A program made the translations under genes and the position numbers. Below, piece by piece: positions 35,215-48,548 of a stretch of 60,007 nucleotides of DNA. Position 1 is the stretch's first letter. Each line of letters opens with the position of its first letter. Where the stretch lies: contig NC_068999.1 of assembly GCF_001194135.2 (NCBI RefSeq), positions 6,939,260 to 6,999,266 on the forward strand, in the 5' to 3' direction. The notes below the pieces were generated by a model. The model had not been told where the DNA came from, did no database searches, and worked only from the letters and a program-made list of their open reading frames with translations. This stretch comes from Octopus bimaculoides (lineage: Eukaryota).

Positions 35215-35800
35215 CTTCATCGTCAGAATCCTCTGTGACAGCAGAAATACCACTTCCTGATGGAATACTCTCAAGAGAAGCTGTCAAAGACTTCTCTTCA
35301 GTTTCATCTTTGCTGTTATCATCAATTATCTCTTCGCTCTTATCTTCATCTTTTGCTGATGTATTTTCTTGTGCAGCAGTCTCTGTAACATTTGATTCTT
35401 CTTTGGAAATGGATTTATCTGAAGAATCATCGGTTCCCTTATCTTTTTCTCCAGCAGCAGCAGCAGTTTGTTCTGCTTCGTTAGACTTTGTCATTAACTC
35501 AACGAATGCTTTCGCATCAGCTGATTCCTTCTCAACATTAGGAATTGCGATTTCTTTTGTCTCATCGTCATTTTCATCACTTTCTTTGTCTGAAACATCT
35601 TCAACATCAGAATCATCTCGCGATACATCCAAATTCACGGATTTAACGTCATCACCAACAAACTCTGGTTGCACCTGAATTTTGCTTAAGTCCTGTTGCA
35701 CTTGTGGAATGGTTTTCACAGTTTCCTCATCCATTATTGCAGTTTCCTTTGAAGGGGTCTCAACGACTACTTTGTCAACAACGCTTTCTGTCTCGTCTCC
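35215..35800 (-). CDS. GNL2: GNL2 large acidic low-complexity exon (195 codons + 1 nt)
   Basis: Open frame between AG (35801-02) and GT (35213-14); phases fit the flanking exons. Confidence 0.82.
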
Positions 35801-36536
35801 CTGCAAAAATTAATCATTCATTTCAGAATATAATCAAGCATGAGTAACTGGGATTTCTGAAGGATAGGAAAATAACTTTGAACTTTTATTTACTAAATTA
35901 TTTAAATTACTCTTACAGCAAAGCAATCTATTAAACTTATCATTGATAAATCCTTAAATGAAAATCATAGATGTATCAGGTGTCTTTTCAAAAAATACCT
36001 ATTTTTTTACTTGTCATTTTGTTTATTTCTATGATACACTTTGGTAATTTTAGTGTACTATGCGTCTCCATAAGGAACTGATTATCATTACGAAGAATTC
36101 TTTCTCTCATATTTTTTATAAACTCTACAGAGACACAAAGGATTTCCCAAAGTAAATCCAGTGGTATGTACCTTCATCCTGTTGTTGACATCAGGTAGCC
36201 GAATACTGTGAAGAGGCTTTTAACAGCATACTCAAATATAAAATTATTACACACACACATGTGTATGTAGATATTCTTATTTCTTTTTCTTTAGCAGCAG
36301 TTGTAAATAATAATCAGTCAAGCTGCATTTTTATTCCTGTGTTGATAAAGGCTGCAGTCATGTCCTAAACTGCATGCTTCTTTGCTAGAATCAAAATACT
36401 TTCTCCAGCAGCCATAAGTATATAGACAGACACACCTGACCCTTGCAAGCATGGAAAAGTGGGCATTGAAATGAATGATGAGGAAGCTACACACACACAC
36501 ATATAACACTTAATACATTAAAAAATTTGTTCACAC

Positions 36537-36632
36537 CTCTCTTACTGGTGGTTTAACAAAATATGGAAGACGTCCTCGTTGCCAATCATTCAACACAATT
36601 TTGGAAATATTGTTGAAATCTGGGTCGCCACC
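36537..36632 (-). CDS. GNL2: GNL2 exon: [32 protein letters not shown]
   Basis: Hallmark GGEPD...LNDWQRG.IP.FV.PP motif; an alternative in-frame donor (GTAAGA) lies 9 nt upstream. Confidence 0.93.
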
Positions 36633-36928
36633 CTGAAAATAGTTACATCAAAAAGACATAGAAATTTAGAAGTTTATAAAAAAAAAAAAAAACAGTTTCT
36701 TAAAAATTCATTCATTTATATCATAATGTATTCCAGAAGTAACTAATCCATTCTGACATGGGCTGATTGATAAGTCTCAGACTTAAAAGAAAAAAAAACA
36801 TAAATACTTGGGTCAATTGGTTTGCCTAAACCTTTCAAGGCAGTGCAGTAGCATGGCCACAGTCCAATGACTGAAACAAGTGAGAGATAGAAGGTAACTA
36901 GAAATAAAATCTTAGACAGATTTATTAC

Positions 36929-37087
36929 CTTCAATAATTTTCCGTATCTTTTGGCAAGTTTTTCCAAGAAGTCTTCTGTACCATTCCAACTTTCTATTTT
37001 ATAAGCTCGTGTAATATATTCAGGTCGCACTCGTTCAAGTACAGCTCCAATGTAGTCTTCTGGATTCCTCAAATGTTCCACTCGTAC
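36929..37087 (-). CDS. GNL2: GNL2 exon: [53 protein letters not shown]
   Basis: 53 codons, AG/GT bounded, strong NOG2 similarity. Confidence 0.95.
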
Positions 37088-37989
37088 CTGGAATTCAAGG
37101 AGAATACTTTCATTACAACAAGGTTACCCAGAACAAGCCACCGGTGGATCAGTCAATGGAGAAATGTATCTCTAAGTTATGAAGAACCCCAAGATTTAAG
37201 AAAAAATTCTGGTGCTCTGCAACACGAGAGGAGGCGTCTTTTAAGAGAATTTAATAAAAATATATTTTATAAAAGAATGGTATGTATTTGTTATAAGTTT
37301 GATTTGGTGAATGGAAACTAGAAGAAACCTGTTGTGTGTATATATATATAAATAAGGATAAGATCAATACGAAAGTATACATACATATATGTGCATACGT
37401 GTAGAATTGTGAAAGACATACTCCAATTCTTCCAAAATTGAATAAAATAATGATGAATACCCATGTACATAATGAACAAAATGAATAATAATAATGTCAA
37501 ATGTTTTGGTGTGACTTTTGGCTCACCTTGTACATACATACATACATTTATATACATATAAATCATTATTGTTTTAATGTTCACTCTTCCAGACTTGTAT
37601 GGGTTGGCAGCATTTATTGAGGCAGATTTTCTATAGTTGGATGCTTTTTCTTTTATCAACCTCTGCTTGTTTTCAAGCAAGGAAAGTTTCCCCATGGCCA
37701 GACATGTTTTTGCAAAACATTGGTAATTAGTGACACTGGTTGTATGACAGTGATTCTTGTTTACAACTATCACATGATGTCAAGACGAGACAAAATTGCA
37801 TACACATAAGTACAGATAGATTTATATACGCATATATATATATATATATATCTACCTATCTATCTATCTATCTATCTATATATATATATATATATATATA
37901 TAGTGAGAATTTACAAAAAAACAAAAGACGAAGACCGCTGTGTGAACAACAAACAAATGTATTAGTTTAATGCTCGTGAAGTGAGAAAG

Positions 37990-38026
37990 TCTTTTACATT
38001 TTGAGCCTATGCTCTTCAACAGAAAG
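37990..38026 (-). ncRNA. Degenerate second copy of the hammerhead-like motif
   Basis: Minus strand ctttCTGTTGA-A-GAGC-atag-GCTC-AAAA-TG-TA-aaag; G12 is lost. Confidence 0.35.
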
Positions 38027-38251
38027 GAACAGGGAGAGGAAATAGAAAAAGGTTTAGTGACTAGTGAAAGCAAAGGATGAAGACATTCAGATGATGAATA
38101 CTGTAGTATAAATATTTAGATATTTATATTAATAGATCCAACTTACACAGAGTACAGACAACAGAGAAAATTAATTTTGAATAATGCAGTCCTAGATATA
38201 CAGCACAACAGGATGAGCAAGGATGGAAAGAATGAAATCTATAATACTTAC

Positions 38252-38356
38252 CACACCTTTCAAAACAATTTCTGTAGGAGTGGAACCAGATGGATACACC
38301 ACACCAGGACAATCTACCAGATATATTCTTCTCATCAGTGTTATGTACTGCCAAAC
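38252..38356 (-). CDS. GNL2: GNL2 exon: [35 protein letters not shown]
   Basis: G3 motif DCPG; 35 codons, AG/GTAAGT bounded. Confidence 0.96.
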
Positions 38357-38501
38357 CTGTAAAACAGAGAGAAGAGAATGAATTGAGTTAGAAGAATTAA
38401 TTAATAAGTAAAATAAATACTGAAAATGAGAGATGAAGCATTTTATGTGACAGAATGTATGAATCCTTTAGCATTTTAACCGGCTATATCCAGCCCAAAT
38501 A

Positions 38502-38690
38502 CAGGGGTGAGGTGAAAAGTTCATAGGCTGACTATGAAGGGGTGATGCTAGAGCTGGGGAATCTTGCTTGCAGTAATTTCTTATTAATAACTGCATTGTT
38601 TTTTTTTCCAGGTAAACTGACACCTGGCTGTTCAAAGAAAACTTCAAAAGTAACTAGTATTGACTTCTTTTGAAAATGGATAAAAGAACC
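38502..38690 (+). mobile_element. Tc1/mariner 5'-end remnant
   Basis: TA followed by caggggtgaggtgaaaagttc (mariner-like TIR) and a downstream ATGGATAAAA start; truncated by a SINE. Confidence 0.4.
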
Positions 38691-39248
38691 CAGAACCATG
38701 TGGTTGGTAAGCAAGCTACTTACCACACAGCCACTGTTGTAAAAAAAAAAAGTATTGTTCAATCCACTGAACTCCTAAAATTGCAATACAATAAACAACA
38801 AGAAATGAAATTGAACATTGAAATGTGTCTAGTACTCTTTTACCCATTTGACTGCGGCCATGCTGGAGCACCGCCTTTAGTCAAACAAATCGTCTCCAGG
38901 ACTTATTTTTTGTAAGCCTAGTGCTTATTTTATCGGTTTCTTTTCCCAAACAGCTAAGTTACGGGGACGTAAACACACCAACATCGGTTGTCAAGCGATG
39001 GTGGTGGTGGTGGGGGGACAAACACACACATATGTACACAACGGGCTTCTTTCATTTTTTGTGTACCATATCCACTCACAAGGCTTTAGTTGGCCCGAGG
39101 CTATAGTAGAAGACACTTGCCCAAGGTGCCACACAGTGGGACTGAACCCGGAACCATGTGGTCGGAAAGCAAGTTTCTTATCACAGGGCCACTCCTGTGT
39201 CTATGTATGATCTTCAGACCATACTTGTGGTTTGTGTCATTTACTTAC

Positions 39249-39377
39249 CTTTGTCTCACCAGCAATCGGAGCCACTTTACAAACTTTTTTCTTGCGCAAA
39301 GTATTAATAACGGAACTTTTCCCAACATTTGGATAACCTATAAATCCAACACTGATTTGTTTTTTATTTGAATGGAG
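39249..39377 (-). CDS. GNL2: GNL2 exon: [43 protein letters not shown]
   Basis: P-loop GYPNVGKS and G2; 43 codons. Confidence 0.97.
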
Positions 39378-40753
39378 CTGGAAGCAAAAAAAAAGTAGAG
39401 TTAATATCTGTAATAGGAAGAAGGTAAGGCAGATAAAACAGCAGAAAATCTTGTTAGCAATAGACTAAAATATACATATATAGATATATCTACTACATAT
39501 GTGGAAAATCGGTGTGTGTTTGTTTGTGGCGTTGTTAGCTAACTCCTCCTACATCGTTTTATTGATTGATCAGAAAAATAGTGTGTGCGTTTAATTAGTA
39601 AAAAAGAAAGACCATCCCCACACACACACGATACATATTGAGTACTCTTTTACTACTTTCTATTTTCATGCTCCTAAAATATATTTTTATAAATGAAAAC
39701 AAGTGTGAAACTCAGAGTAGCAACAGTTTCTAGTGTATGAATAGGGCTGCCAATGTGACCGATGCCAGGGCTGCTTGACTGGCTCCCGTGCCAATGGCAC
39801 ATAAAAAGCACCATCCGAATGTGGCTGATGCCAGTGTTCCCTGACTGGCTCCAGTGCCGGTGGCACATTAAAAGCTCCCACTACTCTCGGAGTGGTTGGC
39901 GTTAGGAAGGGCACCCAGCTGTAGAAACATTGCCAGATCAGATCGGAGCCTGGTGCAGCCGCTGGCTTTCCAGGCCTCAGTCAAACCGTTCAATCCATGC
40001 CAGCATGGAAAACAGAAGTTAAACGATGATGATGATGACATGCATTGTGTAGTATCTTACACTTCTCTTTACATACTCCATTAGATATATTTGGGGTTCT
40101 ATAAGGATGGAAGAGCATTATCCAGAGCTGGATTGTGACAGAGAAACCCTGAAATAAGCCAAGTATGACATCATCATTGGTTTTACATCTACTTTTCTGT
40201 GTTTGCATGAGTCAGATGGAGCTAACCCCACCTTGTTTCCAAGAGAGGTATTAATCTTTCGTCTATCAAACAGCCTGGACATGTTTTTATGGAGAGAACT
40301 TGCAACAAATGACACTGTCATTGTTTACAATTGGCAAACACACATAAAAACAGCAGAAATATGAACTCACAAACACACATCATCATTGTTGTTCCATGCT
40401 TGCAAGAGTCAAATGGAATTTGCTGAAGCAGATTTCTACAGCCCGATGCTTCCACCAGTTGCCATTAGATGCCCTTAGGCTTTTTTTCAGTTTCCACAAA
40501 CCAAATTCACTTAGAAGGCTTTGGTAGACCTGAGGCTACAGTAGAAATTGCTTGTCCAATGTGCCATACAGTGAGATTGAACCCAAACCCCATGTGCTGG
40601 AGAAGCATACTTCTTCATCACACAGCTATGTTTGCTTATATAACAACAGAGAATATTTTGCTGCTATTTCAAAATGCAATAATCATCAGTTTTAATAATT
40701 ATCAAAACGAAGGGATATGAAATATAAAGCGTTTTTCTTTGTTTTCTTCTAAC

Positions 40754-40867
40754 CTTTGCAAACTGTCGAAGCAAATTAATAAATGCTCCTTTTCCAAAAG
40801 CGTTGGTGAGGCTTGCATGGAATGCCATGGTAGGCTGGTCTTCTGACAAAATAGTCACCCATTTTTG
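40754..40867 (-). CDS. GNL2: GNL2 exon: [38 protein letters not shown]
   Basis: 38 codons; [16 protein letters not shown] motif. Confidence 0.95.
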
Positions 40868-41611
40868 CTGTCAAAAGAAAAGTACATAAAACATAATCTT
40901 CAGTATAAATATTAACACACACACACACACACGGGAAAAAAATTAATAACAAATATGAAAGACAAAAGCAATAATTGGATAATTCCTGATCATTTAGCAT
41001 TCAAAAACTTCTCTCAAATGTAATGCTTACCTACCTATTTGAATTAATCATGCATTAGCTAGTAGCTTTGAGATTTTGACCCTGTGACTGTCTATTCTCA
41101 GAATGACATTGCAGGATGGATATGAGAGGCCAGATCTGATCAGTCTGAACATAAAACAGGAAGAATATTTGGGCTGGACATGGCTGGATTAAAAAAACAC
41201 AGCAAAGAGTTTTCTTTCTTTTAGTACTTAAGTCCCAAGTTGGCCCTGACCATCCATGCCCATCTTAGTTCATTTTCAAGCATAGTGTATCTTGTACAAC
41301 ATTATCCAATGTGTCTAATACTTTAAGATGGTAAGGGTATAGTTTGAGGGAGATTTGGTTGCTCTTTTTTGACAGGTACTTTAGTTTGTTAACTCTGAAA
41401 GCTACAGAGATAAAGTTGACCTCGGCTAGATTTGAACTCAGAACATAGAGATTTGAAACAAATACTGTAAATCATTTTGTCTGACGCTTAAACAGTTCTG
41501 CCAAGATGGAGGTTAAATGATGATGATGATGAAAAGGATGAAAGGTGAAGGTCATCTCCTCACTGCCACCACCTGCCCATCAAAAACAACAACAACGTTT
41601 CAGATTTTTGC

Positions 41612-41910
41612 ATCATCATCATCATCGTTTAACGTCCACTTTCCATGCTAGCATGGGTTGGACGATTTGACTGAGGACTGGTGAAACCGGATGGCAACAC
41701 CAGGCTCCAATCTGATCTGGCAGAGTTTCTACAGCTGGATGCCCTTCCTAACGCCAACCACTCAGAGAGTGTAGTGGGTGCTTTTACGTGTCACCCGCAC
41801 GAGGGCCAGTCAGGCGGTACTGGCAACGGCCACGCTCAAAATGGTGTATTTCATGTGCCACCCGCACAGGAGCCAGTCCAGGGGCACTGGCAACGATCTC
41901 GCTCGAGAAC
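41612..41910 (-). mobile_element. Abundant interspersed repeat with (GAT)n tail (other copies about 34040-34200, 39740-40040, 45920-46090, 53510-53700)
   Basis: Shared 'ttccatgctagcatgggttggacg...ggatgcccttcctaacgccaaccac' core. Confidence 0.75.
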
Positions 41911-42284
41911 CTGTTTTTTTTTTTCTCCTTTAAACTTTTAGCATTTAAAGCAGCCATATCCAGCCTCTCACACTTACCCTACAATATCATTCTAGAAATA
42001 AACAATTACATCATTGAAATCTCAAAGCTGTGAGACAATCATCATCAACACTTAGCATGAGGCCAGCAATTCTAGGGGCAAGTGGTTAGTCAATTACATT
42101 GACCACAGAGGGATAAAAGCAAAGCTAACCTCAGCTGGATTTGAACTCAGAATGTAAAGAGAGAAAAGAAATACTGCAGGGCGTTTATCTCATCACCCTA
42201 ACAAGTCTGTCAGCTCACTGCCTCAATAATAATAATGATGATAAAAACAAACAATATATATATATATATATATATACATCTTTT

Positions 42285-42654
42285 ACTCTTTTACTTGTTT
42301 CAGTCATTTGACTGCGGCCATGCTGGAGCACTGCCTTTTAGTCGAGCAAATCGACCCCAGGACTTATTCTTTGGAAGCCTAGTACTTATTCTATCGATCT
42401 CTTTTGCCGAACCGCTAAGTTACGGGGACGTAAACACACCAGCATCGGTTGTCAAGCGATGTTGGGGGACAGACACAAACATACACACATATATACGACA
42501 GGCTTCTTCCAGTTTCCGTCTACCAAATCCACTCACAAGGCTTTGGTCGGCCCAAGGCTATAGTAGAAGACACTTGCCCAAGGTGCCACGCAGTGGGAAT
42601 GAACCCGGAACCATGTGGTTGGTAAGCAAGCTACTTACCACACAGCCACTCCTG
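42285..42654 (-). mobile_element. tRNA-derived SINE, near full length, abutting a gap
   Basis: Reverse complement of the family consensus. Confidence 0.8.
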
Positions 42655-43467
42655 NNNNNNNNNNNNNNNNNNNNNNNNNNNNNNNNNNNNNNNNNNNNNN
42701 NNNNNNNNNNNNNNNNNNNNNNNNNNNNNNNNNNNNNNNNNNNNNNNNNNNNNNNNNNNNNNNNNNNNNNNNNNNNNNNNNNNNNNNNNNNNNNNNNNNN
42801 NNNNNNNNNNNNNNNNNNNNNNNNNNNNNNNNNNNNNNNNNNNNNNNNNNNNNNNNNNNNNNNNNNNNNNNNNNNNNNNNNNNNNNNNNNNNNNNNNNNN
42901 NNNNNNNNNNNNNNNNNNNNNNNNNNNNNNNNNNNNNNNNNNNNNNNNNNNNNNNNNNNNNNNNNNNNNNNNNNNNNNNNNNNNNNAATAAATAAGCGAA
43001 CGTAAAAGTAATATTTCTAAGTTTCTAAAATACTAAACCAAAATTGGTAAAAAATGATTGAAATATAATTTAAAAATTTTTAATATCCATAGGGAGAAAC
43101 GTGATTGTGTGGTTAAGATGTTTGCATTGCAGCCATGGGGTTTCGGGTTCAATCCCACAGCATGGCACCTTGGGACAGGTATTTTCTTCTATAGCCCCAA
43201 TATCACCATCATTTCATGTCCATTTTTGCATGTTTGCATGGGTCGAACAGAATTCATTGTGGTGGATTTTCCAGGGCCAGATGTAGTTGGGCAATTAGAA
43301 ACAGGAAGATACCCTGGCTGGGAAAATATTCACTCGCTCCAACAAAAAACAACCTTGACCATCGTGCAAGAAAAATGGACGCAACACAAATAAAACCATA
43401 AAGCAGATATTACTTGCACAAACACCTAAAACTCCAAAATATATACCAGGAGACCGATTGTACTCAC

Positions 43468-43620
43468 TTTATAGAGTTCGTTCCAGATACGTTTTGATTG
43501 TCCAGCTTTGAACACCATTTCAATTGCTTCATCACGTACACCGTCATATTCAACCACTAAATCCATGTCATTCTGGGGATTGTACTTCTCTTCAGATTCT
43601 TGGACAAGTTTGCTTAAATC
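43468..43620 (-). CDS. GNL2: GNL2 exon: DLSKLVQESEEKYNPQNDMDLVVEYDGVRDEAIEMVFKAGQSKRIWNELYK
   Basis: 51 codons; GQSKRIW.ELYK motif. Confidence 0.95.
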
Positions 43621-44280
43621 CTATGGATGGAGAAAAAAAAGATCAAATTACAAATTTAAAATGAAATCTTGCATTTTGAAGATATTTTATGTGGAATGAG
43701 CAGGACCCATAGTAAACCTACTGTTTTATTTCTGAAAACTTCATCCAAAAAACTTGAAAGCTGAGTCTGTATCAAAGATAGTCACTCATCTTTTCATCAC
43801 TCATTGAAAAGTGATGGAAATTGGAATACGATGATTACTTAATGCATTTTGTATACTTTATGCACAATTTTATGGACTTAATACACAGCATTCTCCCTCT
43901 TTTTCTCTCTACTTTTTGTTTTGCTCTTAGCCTTTCCCTTCAGCGCATCATGTGACAGCATTACAGACAGATTAAGTAAGAAGGAAAAAAAAATCTTGGT
44001 TTTAAAAAGAAAAAAAATTACACATTTCACTCACCACCACTTCACCGAAGTGAAGGAAATTGGAATATGATGATTACATGCCAGGGGCACATTAAAAGCA
44101 CCCCTTAACAGACACTTCCCCACATTTATCTCAACAGACAAAAATGCAACTTAAATTTCTTTCTACACACAACACACACACAAAAAAAAAAGAGATTTTT
44201 TTCGAAAATTGTACAAAACGTACCAGTATGGAACATAGATATGAAATAGTAATGATGATGATGTACAAAACATGAGTTAC

Positions 44281-44379
44281 CTCCAAATTGTCAACTTTGA
44301 TTTTCGGTCTTTTGCGCTGAGCTTTCTTTCCAAATGTCACACCGTAGCTCTCGGTATCCAAAAGATGAGGACGAGCATA
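44281..44379 (-). CDS. GNL2: GNL2 exon: YARPHLLDTESYGVTFGKKAQRKRPKIKVDNLE
   Basis: 33 codons; TFG.K.QRKRP motif. Confidence 0.94.
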
Positions 44380-45435
44380 CTGAAAGGCAAGAAATGGAGA
44401 AATGAATACATTAAATTTAACATCTGCTACTCCTGCATCCCACCCTCGTCCTTCTCTTGTCTATCATCTTGGTTCATACCTGTCTGTGAGCCTCTGCCCC
44501 TTGCACACCTGTATCCTCTTTGCCCCATCAACCCTTTCCTCCCCTAACACTCATACTTCTCTATCACCTGAGAGCAGGAAGGTGCACGCTACATCCCCTT
44601 GCTTTCTCAATTACCTCCTTTCCCACCCCGAGCCATTTCCACTTCCCATTATTTTCCCCCCACCAGCTGAGTGATAAAAATGGAAGGGAATCTGGAGAAG
44701 AAGATATTGGAAGAAGTGGTGAAGGGTGATGTGGGAGAAAGTTAGTCTCACAAAGGAGACAGAAGCAACACAACAAACGGCATGGCTGTGTGCTGGAGAA
44801 GACCTATAGTGCGATGTGTTCTTGAGCAAATCACTTCATCTCATCTTGCTCTGCGATCACTTCGACACCTGACGCATGGCACACTGTGCACCTGTTCAGA
44901 CAACATCAATCTGATGGAGGGAGTAGCCTAATATGCAGCATGAACATCTGATCATTATAAACCAATCGTTTGTGCTGGTCATTCGGCAGAAGCTGAACGC
45001 TCATACATCGTCTATGATGGGAGAGTCCTTCATATATGTGTGTGTGTGTGAAAAGAAATAGTTATTGGCAAAAGATATGAGCATTGGTGAAAAATTCCTC
45101 ATGAATCTGTGCATCCTTATTGTTTTATGTCTGATATCTGGCACGGGTTGGATAAGTCTCCTGAGGTGGTATTTCACAGCTGGATGCCTTACCTGTCACC
45201 AACCCCTATAGTTGCATCTTACAACAAGCAGGAACACAATGTACCTAATCTAAAACAAAGGAAGTACCTTATAGTATTTATGCCACTCGAGTTACATTGA
45301 TTCTCCCCCCCCCCCATTACTCCTGAGATTGGAAACATAAATACAGCAAACCAGGGAATGGTACAACTAATGATGCTATTGACAACAAAATGTAAAGTAA
45401 AGATAAATCAATAAAATGAAAAATGGTCTACACAC

Positions 45436-45569
45436 TTTGGCAGCTTCATTCAGTAGGGAAACAGGAAGTTTACTCTGTTTCATAATCATCTTGTAAGGGT
45501 CCTTCTTAACTTTTTCCATCTCCTCTTGAAATCTCTGCAGTGCATTCTGGGTAATCACTCTGGTATTAC
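45436..45569 (-). CDS. GNL2: GNL2 exon: (G)NTRVITQNALQRFQEEMEKVKKDPYKMIMKQSKLPVSLLNEAAK
   Basis: NGP1NT-domain sequence; 2 nt plus 44 codons. Confidence 0.95.
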
Positions 45570-46192
45570 CTGTGCAGCAAAAATAATAAATGACGATCAA
45601 ACCTCGTTACAGAAAAAAAAACTTCTTACGTCAAAATGTAATTTATCTTTATGCAGTTTTATATTCTTTTGTTTGTTTCAATCATTTGATTGCGGCCATG
45701 CTGGAGCACTGCTTTCAGTCGAACAAATTGACCCCAGGACTTATTCTATTGGTCTCTTATGCTGAACCACTAAACACACCCACATCGGTTGTCAAGCGAT
45801 GGTGGAGGACAAACACAGACACATACATAAATTAGAGGATTTACAGTTTCTGAGAGAAGGTATGGTTCCAAGTTCTATTGTGTTGAAGTAACCATTCCAT
45901 TATGCCAGAAACTTTCCTTAATCATCATTTAGCGTCTGTTTTCCATACTGGCCTGGGTTAGATGGTTTGACTGGAATTGGTAAGCCAGGATCCAGTCTGT
46001 TTTGGCTTTGTTTCTACGGCTGGATACCCTTCCTAATTAATGCCAACCACTTTACAAAGTGTATCGGGTGCCTTTAACATGTCACCAATTACCAGATTGA
46101 AAGAGTACTGGGGTTGATGTCAGACTAAAAACCTCTTGAAGAAAAGCATAACAAAAAAAAAAGTAAGAAAGATAAGAGCACAATGTATTTAC

Positions 46193-46287
46193 CAAACCAT
46201 CTTCTATTTGGTTCCACTCGAGCAACAGTTCCAGATTTTAACCAAGTTTGAAATGGTGCTGGCCGTAAGATTTTTCCTGCACTGTCT
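46193..46287 (-). CDS. GNL2: GNL2 exon: (R)DSAGKILRPAPFQTWLKSGTVARVEPNRRWF(G)
   Basis: 95 nt with matching phases; VARVEPN..WFG motif. Confidence 0.94.
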
Positions 46288-46441
46288 CTGTAAAAATAAT
46301 TAAAGAATTGTGATTAGAATGCATGTTCTTCTATGTGTCTCATAAAATTAAAGACACTTAGCCAAGGTGCCACGCAGTGGGAATGAACCCGGAACCATGT
46401 GGTTGGTAAGCAAGCTACTTACCACACAGCCACTCCTACGC

Positions 46442-46487
<46 letters not shown>

Positions 46488-46501
46488 TGTATATACATGA
46501 A

Positions 46502-46533
<32 letters not shown>

Positions 46534-46620
46534 AGATAGTTAAACAAAGAGAATTTGAGTTAATACTGAGAAGTCACACTAATTTCATGAAACCTACAAA
46601 AGAGAAGTAATCAATGTTAC

Positions 46621-46714
46621 CTCTTTGGTTTGTAATTTCTGTACATTTGGAGACGTTTAATGGTGCTCCGGTCCCTCATGTTATGTCCACCATGCCCTTC
46701 AGATTTGGGGCGAT
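46621..46714 (-). CDS. GNL2: GNL2 exon 2: (D)RPKSEGHGGHNMRDRSTIKRLQMYRNYKPK(R)
   Basis: 94 nt; NMRDR.TI.RL.MYR motif. Confidence 0.94.
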
Positions 46715-48466
46715 CTGGAAAAAAAAAAATTTTTTAAAATAAACAATGGGAAAACATGAAGTTAGGAATTAACAGTTTATATGGAAATTTAAGAAAACGT
46801 GATCTGTTGTAGTTTTAGGGTTAGGGTCTTGCAGCTGTAACTGGTTATGAAAGGAACTGGATCATCAATTCACAAGTTGTAAGTTCAAATCCCTCACAGG
46901 TGCTCCATTATTTCTCTAGGCAGGACTTGACAATTAACCCTTTCGATTATTAACTCATCTGAGACTCTCCCTGCCTCTACAATACAATCTTCCTGTTTTG
47001 AAGTGATACAAATTCAAACTTTCCATCAGAATTTCCTGTTAATTTATGTCCGAAACACCAGTTTCATAATGCTTTCTACTTATAGGTAGAGGACCTGAAA
47101 TTTTTTGGGGGAAGGGATCTAACCAATTACATCAACCTTCAGAGCTCAACTGATACTTATTTTATCAAACGCCAGAAGGATGAAAGGGGACCTTGGCAGA
47201 ACTTGAAGACAGAAACATAAGGACGGACGACATTAAGCATTCTGTCCAGTGTGATAATGATTGTGGTAGCTTGCTGCCCTAAATGTCCCTTTAATAATGG
47301 GGTGTCAAGGAGATCACGTGGATAGAGCAGGGAGAACAGGTGGGTAGAGTTTGCAAGAATATTCGGTAAATTTAGTTTCATGCCAGACTCGATTTCAGTA
47401 CTAAATAATTTTTTTCCCATAGTTGACCCCTTAAGCTGTTGGAAACGTATTCTTTATTGTGGAAGAACTGGATGCCCATCCTGTCGCCAACCCTCATCCG
47501 TTTCCAAAGAAAGTAATATTTTTTTTCCTTGGCAAGGCATATTATTCACGGATTATTGGAAATGAACGACATTCATTTACAAACATCACGCGATACATAG
47601 CCAAGCAAGTGGCCTTCGTGCTTAGTCTCACTGCGTTGCACCTTGGGCAAACGTCTTCTGCTACAGGCCTGGACCTATCAAAACCGGATGAGTGGATCTA
47701 TTGGACGGAAACTGAAAAAAGCTCGTCGCGTGTATGTACGTGGACAGACACACACACACGATGGGCTTTTTTCAGTTGTTGAATTACCAAATCTATTCAC
47801 AGAACTTTGGTCAGCCAAGAGTTACTAGCACTTCTATCTGTTAATTATTTCCAAATAAGGTTTCATACCATTTAACGAACTCAGTTGTCGGTATCATCGT
47901 CATAATCATCAATCCCTGGATATTACTGTATTGAGTCCTACGATTTCATGGTGTATAAGTGACCGAGATCACAACATCCACCCTGAACGGGACGCCAGTC
48001 CGTCACAGGTTTACTCGTCTACAGGTGACTGGACTGGAGCGACTTTGCTCCAGAACAACGACGAACCACCTGGTCCGCGAACCGAAACCACGATCCTACG
48101 ATCTTGAGTGCAACACTCTAACCACTAAGACGCGCACCTTCACTGCCGTCATTTGTGAAATGATGAAGTTGAAGAAATATGAGAAACCACATATAAATAT
48201 GTCAAGTTATTTAGTGGGGATGTAGAGTGGAGTGGGGATCTTGCATTAATTCCTATTTTCATTTTTCTCAAGAGCAATGAAAAATCGAATCTCAATAACT
48301 AAATACATAGAATAGGCACACAGCTATAAATTCCTTCACTAAATCTTTTCTCCTTTGGAAGCGATCGACATGTTTTATCTTCATGTACATGTTCTAAAGT
48401 TACGCATTATAGATTAGACACGTGGGGACCACAGAGCAGAGGAAAATAAACAGTGAAATAACTTAC

Positions 48467-48548
48467 CTATATTCATACTATGGTTAGATTTATTAAGCCT
48501 TTCGGGCCTCTTGCCCCTTTGGCCCCTGTGTACTTTATTACTGACCAT
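48467..48548 (-). CDS. GNL2: GNL2 first coding exon: MVSNKVHRGQRGKRPERLNKSNHSMNI(D)
   Basis: ATG at 48548, donor GTAAGT; phase 1 joins exon 2; resembles the NOG2 N-terminus (S.HSMNPDR). Confidence 0.85.

Noticed and set aside
35235-35678. 147-aa Ser-rich plus-strand ORF
   Set aside because: Antisense shadow of the acidic GNL2 exon.
35215-35800. Large acidic GNL2 exon as a possible novel insertion
   Set aside because: GNL2 orthologs have a variable acidic C-terminal region, so its length alone is not unusual.
36120-40330. Possible H/ACA or C/D snoRNAs in GNL2 introns (about 36.2, 36.4, 37.2 and 40.2 kb)
   Set aside because: Only isolated boxes or pocket-less hairpins; no complete architecture.
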